From Octopus sinensis (Eukaryota), in the NCBI RefSeq assembly GCF_006345805.1, contig NC_043007.1, forward strand, positions 18,042,001 to 18,106,000: a stretch of DNA of 64,000 nt, given 5' to 3'. Numbering within the stretch: position 1 is the first letter of the stretch; each line of letters begins with the position of its first letter. The position numbers were made by a program, and so were the translations under genes. Below are positions 52,049 to 64,000 of the stretch, piece after piece. The notes under the pieces were generated by a model, which made no database searches, was not told the origin of the DNA, and saw only the letters and a list, made by a program, of their open reading frames with translations.

Positions 52049-52165
52049 AGTTTCAGGATTAGTCCCACAGCATGGCACCTTAGGCAAATGTCTTTTATCA
52101 TAGCCCCAGACTGACCAATGCCTTGTAGGTGAAATTTAGTAGACGGAAACTGTGTGGAAGCCTAC

Positions 52166-52209
<44 letters not shown>

Positions 52210-53738
52210 CTTGTGTATGTCCCCCCACCTGTTACTTGACAAACAGTGTTGGTTTGTTTATGTCTCTGTAACTTAGCAATTTGACAAAAGAGGCTGACAG
52301 AATAAATACCATACTTAAAAATAAGTACTAGGGTTGATTTGCTCAACTAAACCTTACTAGACGGTGCCCCAGCATGGCCACAATCTAATGAAACGAGTAA
52401 ACAGCAAAGCATAAAGGATAAAAGAGCTGATAATCCATTTTGAATTGCGAGTCAACCAATGTGCAATCTTGCATATTTACCTATTAAGCCTCTTATCACT
52501 TTTTGGCAAATACGAAGAAGACCATGATTTGCTAATGAGGTCAGAATAAGACCGAAAAGTTGCTTTCTCTACATACTCCCCAAAAATGATAATTGCATTA
52601 ACTATTGACTAATATTTTTTTTTACGCTCTCACTGCATAATTATTTCTCGCTGGTATTTTAATGATCCTAACATTAAATATATTAGCAACACTAACTTAA
52701 CTACTTATATCATAAGCATTCACACAAAAATAATTAAGAATGAAAAAAAAAAAAATTGATACTAAATTTGTTGGTAAGCAATTAAAACTTTAAAACATTA
52801 GTAACTACTGCATGATTAATTATGCATTAGATATTACAAGATCTCTAGGTAGGGTCTACACTCAATCCTTATCTAAAACTGTCTGCTTAAATAAAAAATC
52901 AAGCATAAAATCTTTCTGTTCAGATAGTAAACCATTCTTCACACTGCACTTAATGTCAAACAACCACCTACACAAGAGCGATGCCACATCTAGAAACTAT
53001 GTCAATTATATTCTCTTAGTTGTGTGCACAGGAAATTTAAGTTATTAATTGCATTAATTTATGAGCTTTGTAGTCCATCTCTCCATTGTTTGTAACGCCA
53101 TAAAAACATTTCTCAGGCTTCAAGTAGATGCTGCTGCTGCTGTTTAACCCTAGGCCAGGCCTGAGAAAGCATATTCATGATCAACATCACTGCAGCCAAG
53201 ACCATCCTTGGATGTTAATGCTTCTAGAATAACATTACCCAATCTAATGTGTCCCTCATTTTTCCCTTCTTTTTAAGATTATAGGGTGGGATTTGAAGAT
53301 TTGGCTCTTATTTCTAGGAATTCAAGCAACTGCTAAGAGGTTTTGTTAGTTTTAATATTACATACACTAAAATTCAAATGATATAGAAAAGATTAGCAAT
53401 GGATGACCCTTACAAAATACTTGTCAGCATATAGGCACAGGCATGGTTTGTGTAAGAAGCTTGGTTTCCAATCACATGGTTCCAGGTTCAATCCCACTGT
53501 GTGGCACTTTTAGTTTTCTACTAAAGCCTTGTGAGTGGATTTGATAGACAGAAACTGAAAGAAGCCGAGCTTCTTAAGGCGGTGAGCTGGCAGAAACATT
53601 AGCACGCTGGGCGAAATGCTTAGAAACATGAGATGGCATCACAAAGAGGAGCCAGCTGTAAAAATATTGGTCTAAATAGAGTCCGTGCAACCTGTGCAAG
53701 TATGAGAAAGTGGACACTAAAACAATGATGATGATGAT

Positions 53739-54243
53739 CATCATCATCATCGTTTAACGTCCGTTTTCTGCGCTAGCATGGGTTGGACGGTTCGACCGGG
53801 GTCTGGGAAGCCAGGAGGCTGCACCAGGCTCCAGTCTGTTCTGGCAGAGTTTCTACAGCTGGATGCCCTTCCTAATGCCAACCACTCCGTGAGTGTAGTG
53901 GGTGCTTTTTACGTGCCAGGGGAGTCTGGCAGTGGCCACGATCGGTTGGTGCTTTTAACGTGCCACTGGCATGGAAGCCACTCAAGGCGGTGCTGGCATC
54001 GACCACGTTCAGATGGTGCTTTTTACGTGCCACCGGCACAGAAGCCAGTCAAGGCGGGGCTGGCATCGGCCATGTTCGGATGGTGCTTTTTACGTGCCAC
54101 CGGCACAGAAGCCAGTCAAGGCGGCGCTAGCATCGGCCACGTTCGGATGGTGCTTTTTACATGCCACCAGCACAGAAGCCAGTCAAGGCAGCGCTGGCAT
54201 CGGCCACGTTCAGATGGTGCTTTTTATGTTCCACCGGCACAGG
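53739..54243 (-). mobile_element. Family M SINE with 67-bp internal repeats
   Basis: Units at 54027, 54094, 54161 and 54228. Confidence 0.85.
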
Positions 54244-55091
54244 TATCACAACTACTATTTCCATTGATATTTATTTCAATGTTCATGTACTTGACTCAAT
54301 AGGTCTCCTGGTGACAGTAACCTAGAAATGTTTAAACTGAACATCAACCACATCAATTTCACCATTCTGTTAAAATCCTTGTTACTGACACAAAAATCTT
54401 AGAAATCTAAATGCTACAGAATGTTACAATTACAAATTATTTCAGTAAGAGACTTCTAGTATTTGGTCATAAGACACAAAAATCATTTTATAATTGTGTT
54501 TTCATTCTAAAAAAATCCCTCGACAGAATATCTCTAACTGGATCTTAACTACATCATTGAAGCATAACTGGTTTTAACTGCTTTCAGTCACTGCCCTGCA
54601 GCCATGCTCAGACAACTACCTTTCATGGTTTGATTTTATTGTATTGATTTTGGTATTTCTTTTATTGATCTCTCTCCAATGACTCAGTTTTAACATAAAG
54701 AGATACAATTCGATGTATAATTCATGATTTTACATCAACAAACATGCACACAAATATCTTGGATTTCTGTACTAGTTTTTATCTACCAAACTACAGATAA
54801 AAATGATAACAGCACGATTAACAATATAACTTTATAATACACTAACCACCAAATATATATAAATGTAGATAATGTAAATAATGTCTAAGACTAGTGAGAC
54901 CATAACCTGTGGCATCTACCTGGTATGTAGCCAGTCGACTTATACATACCTTTCCTTCTTGGGACACAAAACTCCACTTGTGGAGATCCGTTGAGGCAAG
55001 TGAAAATCAAAAAATCAAAATCAAATCAGATATCAGAAAGCAGAACCAAAATCGAAGTCAATCAACATCAATGGAAGTGACAAGTAAGTGA

Positions 55092-55562
55092 ACCATCCGA
55101 TCGTGGCCGTTGCCAGCGCCGCTCCGACTAGCCTCCGTGCCGGTGGCATGTAAAAAGCACCATCCGTTTGTGGCCGTTGCCAGCCTCGCCTGGCCCCGTG
55201 CCGGTGGCATGTAAAAAGCACCATCCGTTTGTGGCCATTGCCAGCCTCGCCTGGCCCCGTGCCGGTGGCATGTAAAAAGCACCATCCGTTTGTGGCCATT
55301 GCCAGCCTCGCCTGGCCCCCGTGCCGGTGGCATGTAAAAAGCACCATCCATCCGTGGCCATTTGCCAGCTCTGTCTGGCACCTGTGCGGGTGGCATGTAA
55401 AAAGCACCCACTACACTCACAGAGTGGTTGGTGTTAGGTAGGGCATCCAGCCGTAGAAACACTGCCAGATCAGACTGGGCCTGATGCAGCCTTCTGGCTT
55501 CACAGACCCCAGTTGAACCGTCCAACCCATGCTAGCATGGAAAGCGGATGATAAATGATGAT
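55092..55562 (+). mobile_element. Family M SINE with 61-bp internal repeats
   Basis: Units at 55137, 55198, 55259, 55321 and 55384. Confidence 0.85.
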
Positions 55563-55688
55563 ATATATATAAATGGATGAATGAATTATCCTTTGTTTAC
55601 TGTTAACATGGAAAATTCAATAAACTGTTACTAGGGTAGCAAAATTCATGCAAGTAAAAGAATTTGAATAGCATCTGCATTCAACTCC

Positions 55689-55724
<36 letters not shown>

Positions 55725-55922
55725 TTACAGATATTTTGTTGGATGGCTGTCGACTGTAAAGGAGTTCCCCCTTGATGGGTTTTATTTTTCATCTCGCAGG
55801 GTGTCCAACAACACCCTCCTCACCAAGCAAGCCTGGTGGGGTTGCCAGTTTAGTCACTGACGACCCGACCATGCGACAGGTTGCACTGGATTACCAGTAG
55901 CACTCAAGAGCGACCTGACATA

Positions 55923-55958
<36 letters not shown>

Positions 55959-56093
55959 CATACACACACATTGACATGCGTGTTTTCTTTTACAATTGCG
56001 CCAGCCTCCTAACTATGCCTAGATCAGTAACTGTTTTTCTACACCTTTTGCTTATGGGGGGGAAAAAAAAAAAACTCACATTTTTCACCATGT

Positions 56094-56462
56094 AGGCACA
56101 GGAGTGGCTGTGTGGTAAGTAGCTTGCTTACCAACCACATGGTTCTGGGTTCAGTCCCACTATGTAGCACCTTGGGCAAGTGTATTCTATTATAGCCTCG
56201 GGCTGACCAATGCCTTGTGAGTGGATTTGGTAGACAGAACCTGAAAGAAGCCCACCGTATATATGTATATATATATATATGTGTGTGTGTTGTGTTTGTC
56301 CCTCCCCAACATCGTTTGATAACCAAAGCTAGTGTGTTACGTCCCCATAACTTAGCGGTTTGGCAAAAAGAGACCGATAGAATAAGTACTGGGCTTACAA
56401 AGAATAAGTCCTAAAGGCAGTGCTCCAGCATGGTAGCAGTCAAATGACTGAAACAAGTAAAA
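56094..56462 (+). mobile_element. Family C SINE
   Basis: Consensus match. Confidence 0.8.
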
Positions 56463-56644
56463 ACAGGAAAAAAAAAAGAGAGAATGTCAGCTTTTGATTA
56501 TACAAACAAGGTTGACATTATCGACAGTATCAATACTGATATTAAAATTACTATCTGAGATGATATGATTTTCTAACGCTGCTTGGTCTTTGAATTTATA
56601 CCGAAATATGCTCTAGTGCTATGAAAAATCTTGTAAATCTGCCT

Positions 56645-57031
56645 TCTATCTCTCTCTATATAAACGGCAGTTTGTCTGTGCGTGTTTCTGTGTGTCTGTT
56701 TGCTTGTACCCTCACCCTGACCACGGCTTTCAACCGATTCTGATGAAACTTGACACACACATAGCCCAATGTCATAATTCAAAACTAACGCAGCGAAAAT
56801 TTTGAAAAGTTTCCCCAGTTCTGAAAAAAATCGATAAATTCGACATGGGGTCGAGAATCAGAAACACAAACCGCAAACTGTCTAGGGGGCGGAACTCCAC
56901 CTTTTTTAACTAAAAAAAAAATTTACCATCATTTTTTTCCATATTTTTGCTATTTTTTGGCTATAACTCTCTAAAAATGCTTTATAGTTATTTCCCTTAC
57001 AAACCTGAGCAACGCCGGGCGATACTGCTAG
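56645..57031 (+). mobile_element. Non-autonomous Helitron (different body from 27304-27698)
   Basis: 5' TC...tctatataaa, and a 3' hairpin plus CTAG|t identical to the other copy. Confidence 0.7.
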
Positions 57032-57631
57032 TTAGCTATATGAAGCAGTTAAAACCCAACTGGATCGAAGCTTACCAAGACCCAAGCCATCTCATGGCTT
57101 GACAGCTTCAACAATAAATATCTTTATTTGCCTGTAAAATGGCTGTCACAGATGGTAATCATTATTCCAACCCTTGTGAAACTTGTCGATTTTCTGAAAG
57201 ATATTCAGAACCAGCACCAAACTGTCATGGAAGAAACTAATAAAAATGTAAACAAACCAATGCTGTCATTGTCGCCATCACACGACTCTCGGATATCTCT
57301 GTGTAGAGCTAGTCTGACAGAGATGCTTATGGAATATACGCAGCTTAAGAGCATTTTAAAACCAATGATTGAAAATCATTTTTTTTCCAATTTCTCTAAG
57401 CTATCGTTAAATAAGTCTTTTGATGAGGAAAGAGGGAAAAAAAAGATCATTTTCTTGTTAGAAGTTATAGATGATATCACTGGAGACACAATACAAAATA
57501 AAAAAAATGTAATAATGCATTTGATTATCAATACCAGCTTGTATACGGATGCTGTTATTCTGAATGAATACCAATGAGATATTTGCAAAACATTACATAA
57601 GCAAACAATGTATACAGAAAAGAATATTTAA

Positions 57632-58044
57632 CTCTTTAGCATTTAAACTAGCTATATATAGTCCAAATATTTGACTTGTTTTATGTGCAAATTGGCAAAA
57701 TCTGGCCTCTCACAGCTATCCTACAATGCCATTGTGAAAATACGCAATTACATCATCAAAACCTCGAAGCTATGAAATAATGCAGGATTAACTTAAAACC
57801 AATGTGACACTTGACAGAGTAATCTGAATGTTAACCCTTTTGTTATTGTATTTATTTTGAGATGCTCTGTGCTTCTTTCAATTACTTCAAATATAAGAAA
57901 GAATTTAGTAAACTAACTTAGTTATCATTCAGCTAGTGTAAGGAACATAAATTGTGACTAAGGTTTGTGGAAGATTTTAATTCAAAACTTATGAAAACAA
58001 GACATTTGTACTACAGAGCCAGAGCTGGGTTGGTATCAAAAGGG
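57632..58044. mobile_element. piggyBac-type MITE B (57632-57830) followed by MITE A (57835-58044), sharing TTAA
   Basis: TTAA at 57628-57631 and 57831-57834. Homologous to the other copies. Confidence 0.75.
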
Positions 58045-58259
58045 TTATCATCATCATCATTGTTTAACGTCTGCTTTCCATGCTAGCATGGGTTGGACGA
58101 TTTTGACTGAGGACTGGCGAACCAGATGGTTGCACCAGTCTTCAATCTTGATTTAGCAGAGTTTCTACAGCTGGATGCCCTTCCTAACGCCAACCACTCC
58201 GGGAGTGTAGTTAAAGGGTTAAAAATCATCATCAGATATTAGACGAATAAGTTCACAGC

Positions 58260-60400
58260 ATATCAACTACATCTTATGAAGAAAAAAATTAACAAATATT
58301 TGTGGAGATTCTACATGGAAACATCTTAAAGGAAAATTAAGAAATTTAAAGCAAAATCTCAAGATAGTGAATGAAAAACTGTTATTAGAAAGAAACGTTA
58401 GAAGTCAGTATTAACCAGAAATTTGCTTCTAATCCACAGGCAGAAGGATGAAGAAAATTATATCTTTGTAAAAAGAGCTCTCTTCTTAGGAAGATCTTAA
58501 ATTATTTTGGCCTTAGATCTGGAAATGAAAGCAAAGATTTTAATCAGAATGTATCATAGTTGAATACTGTCAAGAAAGAATATTGCACTAACAGGAAACC
58601 TTACATAATCAAGTTTGAAGCTTTCAACGAAGCTGGGGTAAACCTGCATAATGGGGGTGGCACCAAGAAATGGATAATGGTAGAAGGTATTGACAATCTA
58701 CAGAGACTTGTTGATAAGTATATTTCAAAGAACTATGGAAAGCCAGACTGACATGTTCAATTGGTTTGTCAAAGCATAAAATGTAGAATGAAAACACTGA
58801 CTTGGCAGAGAAACATAGGCCCCAATGATTGCCTAAATATTATATACAAACTTTACACAAGTTATTTCAACCAATGCCTCCAAGATCATTGCAATCCAAC
58901 AATATAGTGGCTGATGAGCAAGTAAAGAAGACAGTGTGAGGATGATGTGCCAAAGAACTTCTGAGAAATAAAGCTGTGTTATCTGCAGGAAGAAAATCTT
59001 GCAGAAATCTTGTGAGAGTTTGGTTTGATTACAGAAAAGAATTTGATTCTTTACCTCCTTCGCTCATGGCTGTCAAAGTCAGTGCAGCTAGCAAAAGTAC
59101 CTGTTACCACTTTTGCAGCTAGCAAAAGTACCTGTTACCATTTTTGCAGCAAACAAAAGTACCTGTTACCATTTTTGCAGCTATGCGACAATTTGGCTTG
59201 ATTACAGAAAAGAATTTGATTCTATACCTTATTCGTGGCTGTCAAAGTCAGTGCAGTTAGCAAAAGTACCTGTTACCACTTTTACAGCTAGCAAAAGTAC
59301 CTGTTACCACTTTTGCAGCAAACAAAAGTACCTGTTACCACTTTAGCAGCTAGCAAAAGTACCTGTTACCACTTTTGCAGCTAGCAAAAGTACCTGTTAC
59401 TGCTTTTGCAGCTAGCAAAAGTACCTGTTACCACTTTTGCAGCTAGCAAAAGTACCTGTTACCACTTTTGCAGCTAGCAAAAGTACCAGTTACCACTTTT
59501 GCAGCTAACAAAAGTACCTGTTACCGCTTTTGCAGCTAACAAAAGTACCCATTACCACTGAAAGGCTCACAAAAACCTAGTCAACTAATATTCATACTTG
59601 TAACTGAAAGTGGAGTGGCTGTCTCTGATGTTTATATTTCAAAGGGAATATTTAAAGGAGACAATCTGTCTGTGCTTCTGTTTATACTGGCACGGAGTAC
59701 ACTGCCATTTCTTTCACAAAAACCCAGTAATATAGCTAAGAACTACAACAGCAAAAGACATTAATGGAATGTATGTTTTCTTTTTGGACAATCTAATGAT
59801 TTTTACCACAAATATTTCCAATGCTGAGAAACAGTTGCATTTAGTAACAACATTTCTGCTGATATTGGGATGGAATTTGGCCAAAAGAAATGCTCATATT
59901 TGATAGCTGAATGCAGAAAAACTGTTTTGCAAAACCCAATAACATCAATAATCTTTCTGTCTTCCTGTACCAAACAAGTGTTACAAATACCTAGATATTG
60001 ACAGAAATATATACAAAGGTGCTGTGAACAAAGTGAGTGACCAAAGAATATTATACCAGACTTAAAAGATATATATTTCTTTACTACCCACAAGGGGCTA
60101 AACATAGCGAGGACAAAGAAGGACAGACAAAGGGATTAAGTTGATTACATCGATCCCAGTGCGAAACTGGTACTTTATTTATCAACCCCCGAAAGGATGA
60201 AAGGCAAAGTCGACTTCGGCGGAATTTGAACTTAGAACGTAACAACAGACGAAATACCACTAAGCATTTCGCCCGGTGTGCTAACGTTTCTGCCAGCTCG
60301 CTGCCTATGATAAAAGATATAGCAGAGCTTTACTCTTACAGCAAGACAATAATATCCCACAATACTTTTGCAGTATCAGGTCATGAATCCTGGATACCCC
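58260..60400 (+). mobile_element. Degraded non-LTR retrotransposon RT remnant, R4/Dong-like
   Basis: Motifs WLDYRKEFDSIPYSWL, LAKVP, GIFKGDNLSVLLFILA, VFFLDNL, TTFSADIGMEFGQKKC, YKYLDIDRNI and ELYSYSKTIISHNTFAV. Interrupted by a family N SINE (60074-60310, TSD taaaagatata). The clade call is inference. Confidence 0.8.
59084..59558 (+). repeat. 31-bp minisatellite gcagctagcaaaagtacctgttaccactttt (3 + 10 units)
   Basis: Units at 59084-59176 and 59253-59558, separated by a duplicate of ~59015-59083. Confidence 0.95.
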
Positions 60401-61347
60401 TCAGCAGCTACCTTGAGTGTTGCAACCAGTTCTGTCTAAGATGCCAGCTGATGTAGAGTAAATAATACCTTTTGAAAATCACTTCCATTCCTCCAGGCTT
60501 TATGTCCAAAGAGGGAGAAAGAGTTTAAGATTAGTGCAAGCATTCTTTAAGTGTCATATGGTATCATCCAGACAGCATCTGTTAAACAATGGCAGTATCA
60601 TCATCATCATCACCTAATGTCCATTTCCTATGCTGGCATCGGTTGGGCGGTTTGACAGGAGCTGGTGAGCTAGAAAACTACATCAAACTTCAATGTCTGC
60701 TTTGGTATGGTTCCTACAAATAGATGCCGTACCTAATGCCAACAACTTTAGAGAATGCACTGGGTGCTTTTTATGTGGCACCAGCAATAGTAAGGTCACT
60801 AATTAACTTACAAGACAAGATCCCTGAAGCAAAGGAGAAATAGTACTGAGGGAGGAAGTTTTAATCCAGGTGAGGTGAGGTTTAAAAATATGATAGAGGA
60901 ACAGGTGTTTTGCTGTGGGGAGATAATGGTTATCTCAACTGCAACCAAGTGCTCAAAAGTGATGAGAACATCTTATGGATTGGTAGTGAACTCCTCAAAA
61001 AGTAATCACTTCCTGATGAACTCCTATGTAACCCTAGGATGGCTGGATTAGTGCACTTCAACAAACACCTGGAAAGGAAATACTCAGCATACCAGAAAAA
61101 TGGTTATGCATAGGTATGTTTCCAGTAGGGAGGCGCAATGGCCCAGTGGTTAGGGCAGCGGACTCGCGGTCGTAGGATAGCGGTTTCGATTCCCAGATAG
61201 ATTGATCATGGCTATAATGCTTTTCATCATGGGTCTTCAAATTCTGAGCTGATCTGGGATTGAACTACCACTGTGGTTCCTAATTCTTACTGCATTGATT
61301 AAATCTTAGATGGTGATATAACCAGATAATCATATGCAAATTGGTTG

Positions 61348-61728
61348 TCCCGGTGACATGTAAAAAGCACCATCCGACGTGCCAGTGCTGCCATGACTGG
61401 TTTCTGTGCCGGTGGCACGTAAAAAGCACCAACTGATCGTGGTCGCTGCCAGCCTCCGGTGGCACGTAAAAAGCACCAACTGATCGTGGTCGCTGCCAGC
61501 TGCCGGTGGCACGTAAAAAGCACCAACCGATCTTGGTCGCTGCCAGCCTCCCTTGGCACGTAAAAAGCACCCACTACACTCACGGAGTGGTTGGCGTTAG
61601 GAAGGGCATCCAGCTGTAGAAACACTGCCAGATCAAACTGGAGCCTGGTGCAGCCTCCTGGCTTCCCAGACCCCGGTCAGACCGTCCAACTCGTGCTAGC
61701 ACAGAAAACCGACATTAAATGATGATGA
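61348..61728 (+). mobile_element. Family M SINE with ~47-bp internal repeats
   Basis: Units near 61406, 61456 and 61503, conserved block and (GAT)n tail. Confidence 0.8.
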
Positions 61729-62266
61729 ACCTCTTTTTACAGTCCAGTAAAAGTAAAATGTGCATACCATGTCATATGAAATGTGGAGAATCTCAGAAAC
61801 ATGGTTCTGGTGTTCCAAGTGCATGTGCACAGGATTGATTATACTTGGTTCCCCAAAAGTCAGAGATAAACACGATTGTGGTGGCTGACAGTAGTGTGAT
61901 GGTGATGTTGGTAAAAGTGGAGATAGAAAAACAAGGTTACCAAGAAGTAGGCCAGTTACTACTGAAGCATCAGAAGACAATAAACAGGTATTTAATATGA
62001 GCTAGAAGAATGAACTTCATATTACAACCACACATACACAAAAAAGAAAAGAAAAAGGTTATCGTTTTTAGTCAGTGCAATGAAAAGGCTTGGGAAAAAT
62101 GTATTCCATGGTAAAATGATAGGGAGAGAGAAAAAAAAAATGAGAACACAAATTATCGCCCACATCAAATTGTTTTTTTCTTTTTTGAGAGGAAAATGAT
62201 AAATGTGTCAAAAGGTCAAGTAACCATTATTATCATCATCATTATTATTAGGCCAAAATTTGAAAC

Positions 62267-62300
<34 letters not shown>

Positions 62301-62302
<2 letters not shown>

Positions 62303-62976
62303 GGTGGCAAAATTGTTAGCATGCTGGATGAAATGCTTAGCAGTACTTCGCCCATTGCCACATTCGGAGTTCAAATCCCACCAAGGTTGACTTTGCCTTT
62401 CATCCTTTTGGGGTCGATAAATTAAGTACCAGTAAAACACTGGGATTGATGTAATGAACTAAACCCCCTCCAAAGAAATTTCAGGCCTTGTGCCTGTAAT
62501 AGAAAGGATTATTATTATTATCATTATTATTATTATTACTAAGACAGCAAGCTGGCTGAGTTGTTAGCACACCAGGCAAAAAATGCTTAGTGGCACTTCG
62601 CCTGTCTTTACCTTATGAGTTCAAATTCTGCCATGGTTGACTTTACCTTTCATCCTTACAGGGTTGATTAAATAAGTACCAGTTGAACACTGGGGTTGAT
62701 GTAATCGACTTGCCTCCTACCCCGAAACTTCTGACTTTGTGCCAAAATTTGAAACATTATTATTATTATTATTAAAGTGGTGAGTTGGCAGAATCATTAG
62801 CACCATTTTGTTTGTCTTTATGTTCTGAGTTCGAATATTGCTGAGAACAATTTGGCCTTTCAACATTTTGGAATTGATGAAATAAGGACCAATTGAGCAC
62901 TGAGGTCAATGAAATTGATTAGTCCCCTTCCACAATTGCTGGCCTTGAGCCAAAATTTGAAACCATTATTATTATT
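62301..62976 (+). mobile_element. Three consecutive family N variant SINEs, each ending in (ATT)n
   Basis: Starts at 62301, 62541 and 62774. The copies are mutually diverged. Confidence 0.8.
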
Positions 62977-63480
62977 GAGTGAGAGAGCAGTTCGTACCAT
63001 CAAAGTGACACTAGGGTAAAATATACGAAGCCCAGTACACCCATCATGACTACCCGCCTGATAAGGGTACACTAGGCACATGCATTACAACCATGTGTGC
63101 GCGACATGGTGATCTCATATCAAGATAAACAGTGCATGACCTTGCAGGTGGGGCCCAGTTAGAATTTTCTTCTGGTCGAGTAACCCATCCTGCTCAAAAG
63201 GTCCCTGAATAAGGGTTGTTTAAGGATGTTGAACGAAACACATGTTTCCAGAGGTGAATTATTCAAACCCCAAAGAATCCCCCTCAACACATGGCTATGA
63301 TGCTCCCCCACTACTTCTACTCGTGATCAGAGATGCACATATTGTCAGCCACCAAGGGACATGCTCAACTGGTTATGGTCAAACAATTGACAAGCAAATC
63401 TGTGGTACTGAGCAGAATATTTGCTGTAGCCCATCTTTTATACCAAGACAAAACAATGTACATGATAACACTTTCATATT
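62977..63480. repeat. Unclassified interspersed repeat
   Basis: ~63260-63440 is the reverse complement of ~8530-8720. Confidence 0.55.
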
Positions 63481-63635
63481 ATTACTATTATTATTATTAC
63501 ACTAGTGCATGCTAATTTAGTAAATAGGTATTTTATCTTGAGGTTTGGTGACAAGTTTCCTCAGATCTCAGGACACTTCTTTAGGATTTTTGAAGAATAT
63601 AAGATGGCACTTATTATCATTATTATTATTATTAA

Positions 63636-63925
63636 GGTGCAGGAATGGCTGTGCTAGTAAGTAGCTTGCTTACCAACCACATGGTTCCAGGTTCAGCCCC
63701 ACTGCGTAGCACCTTGAGCAAGTGTCTTCTACTATAGCCTCAGGTCAACCAAAGCCTTGTGAGTGGATTTGGTAGACGGAAACTGAAAGAAGCTCGTCGT
63801 ATATATGTATATGTATGTAAATGTGTGTTTGTGTGTCTGTGTTTGTCCCCCCCAACATCACTTGACAACCGATGCTGGTGTGTTTATGTCTCTGTAACTT
63901 AGCAGTTCAGTAAAAGAGACCAACA
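63636..63925 (+). mobile_element. Family C SINE, 3'-truncated
   Basis: Consensus match. Confidence 0.8.
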
Positions 63926-64000
63926 GTTGATGTAATTGACCAGCAGTTTCCCCCAAAATTCCTGGCCATGTGCCAAAATTTAAAATCAATATTATTATTT

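Noticed and set aside
53778-54302. 174-aa ORF and similar VLFTCHRH-repeat ORFs (55033-55525, 61280-61625)
   Set aside because: Translations of the family M VNTR, recurring at every copy.
53960-55400. CRISPR-like pattern of a palindromic constant repeat with intervening spacers
   Set aside because: The spacers are near-identical within each locus, the units sit inside a eukaryotic SINE-like element with a (GAT)n tail, and there are no cas genes.
61128-61197. tRNA-Arg gene
   Set aside because: It has A and B boxes but is identical in type to the family R SINE head and lacks a proper acceptor stem. The same applies to all other SINE heads.

Overview
Eukaryotic, AT-rich and very repeat-dense DNA. 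The SINE, MITE and microsatellite repertoire matches what I recall of Octopus (coleoid cephalopod) genomes; this is inference, not a search result. One convincing protein-coding region was found: a single-exon 388-aa ORF (41499-42665, minus strand) encoding a type II membrane protein with GT-A glycosyltransferase-like motifs, preceded by a good splice acceptor. Almost everything else is transposon-derived. The four main tRNA-headed or LINE-tailed SINE groups are given working labels: family C (CORE-like), family N (Deu/Nin-like), family R (tRNA-Arg-like head) and family M ((GAT)n tail with an internal hairpin VNTR). There are also remnants of CR1/L2-type and R4/Dong-type LINEs, piggyBac, mariner and hAT (Charlie/Buster) transposases, hAT, piggyBac and Merlin-like MITEs, two non-autonomous Helitrons, two Penelope-like terminal fragments, and many micro- and minisatellites. 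The most notable structures are a 3.16-kb, 17-unit SINE-derived array inside a single TSD, a head-to-head hAT MITE pair with three target-site copies and a captured LINE fragment, a hammerhead-like motif, modular domain swapping among SINEs, and a 31-bp minisatellite born from RT coding sequence. No CRISPR, rRNA or true tRNA gene was found, and most listed ORFs are microsatellite or SINE artefacts. Repeat boundaries were read by eye and may be off by a few bases. Superfamily and domain names come from memory and need a Dfam/Repbase check.
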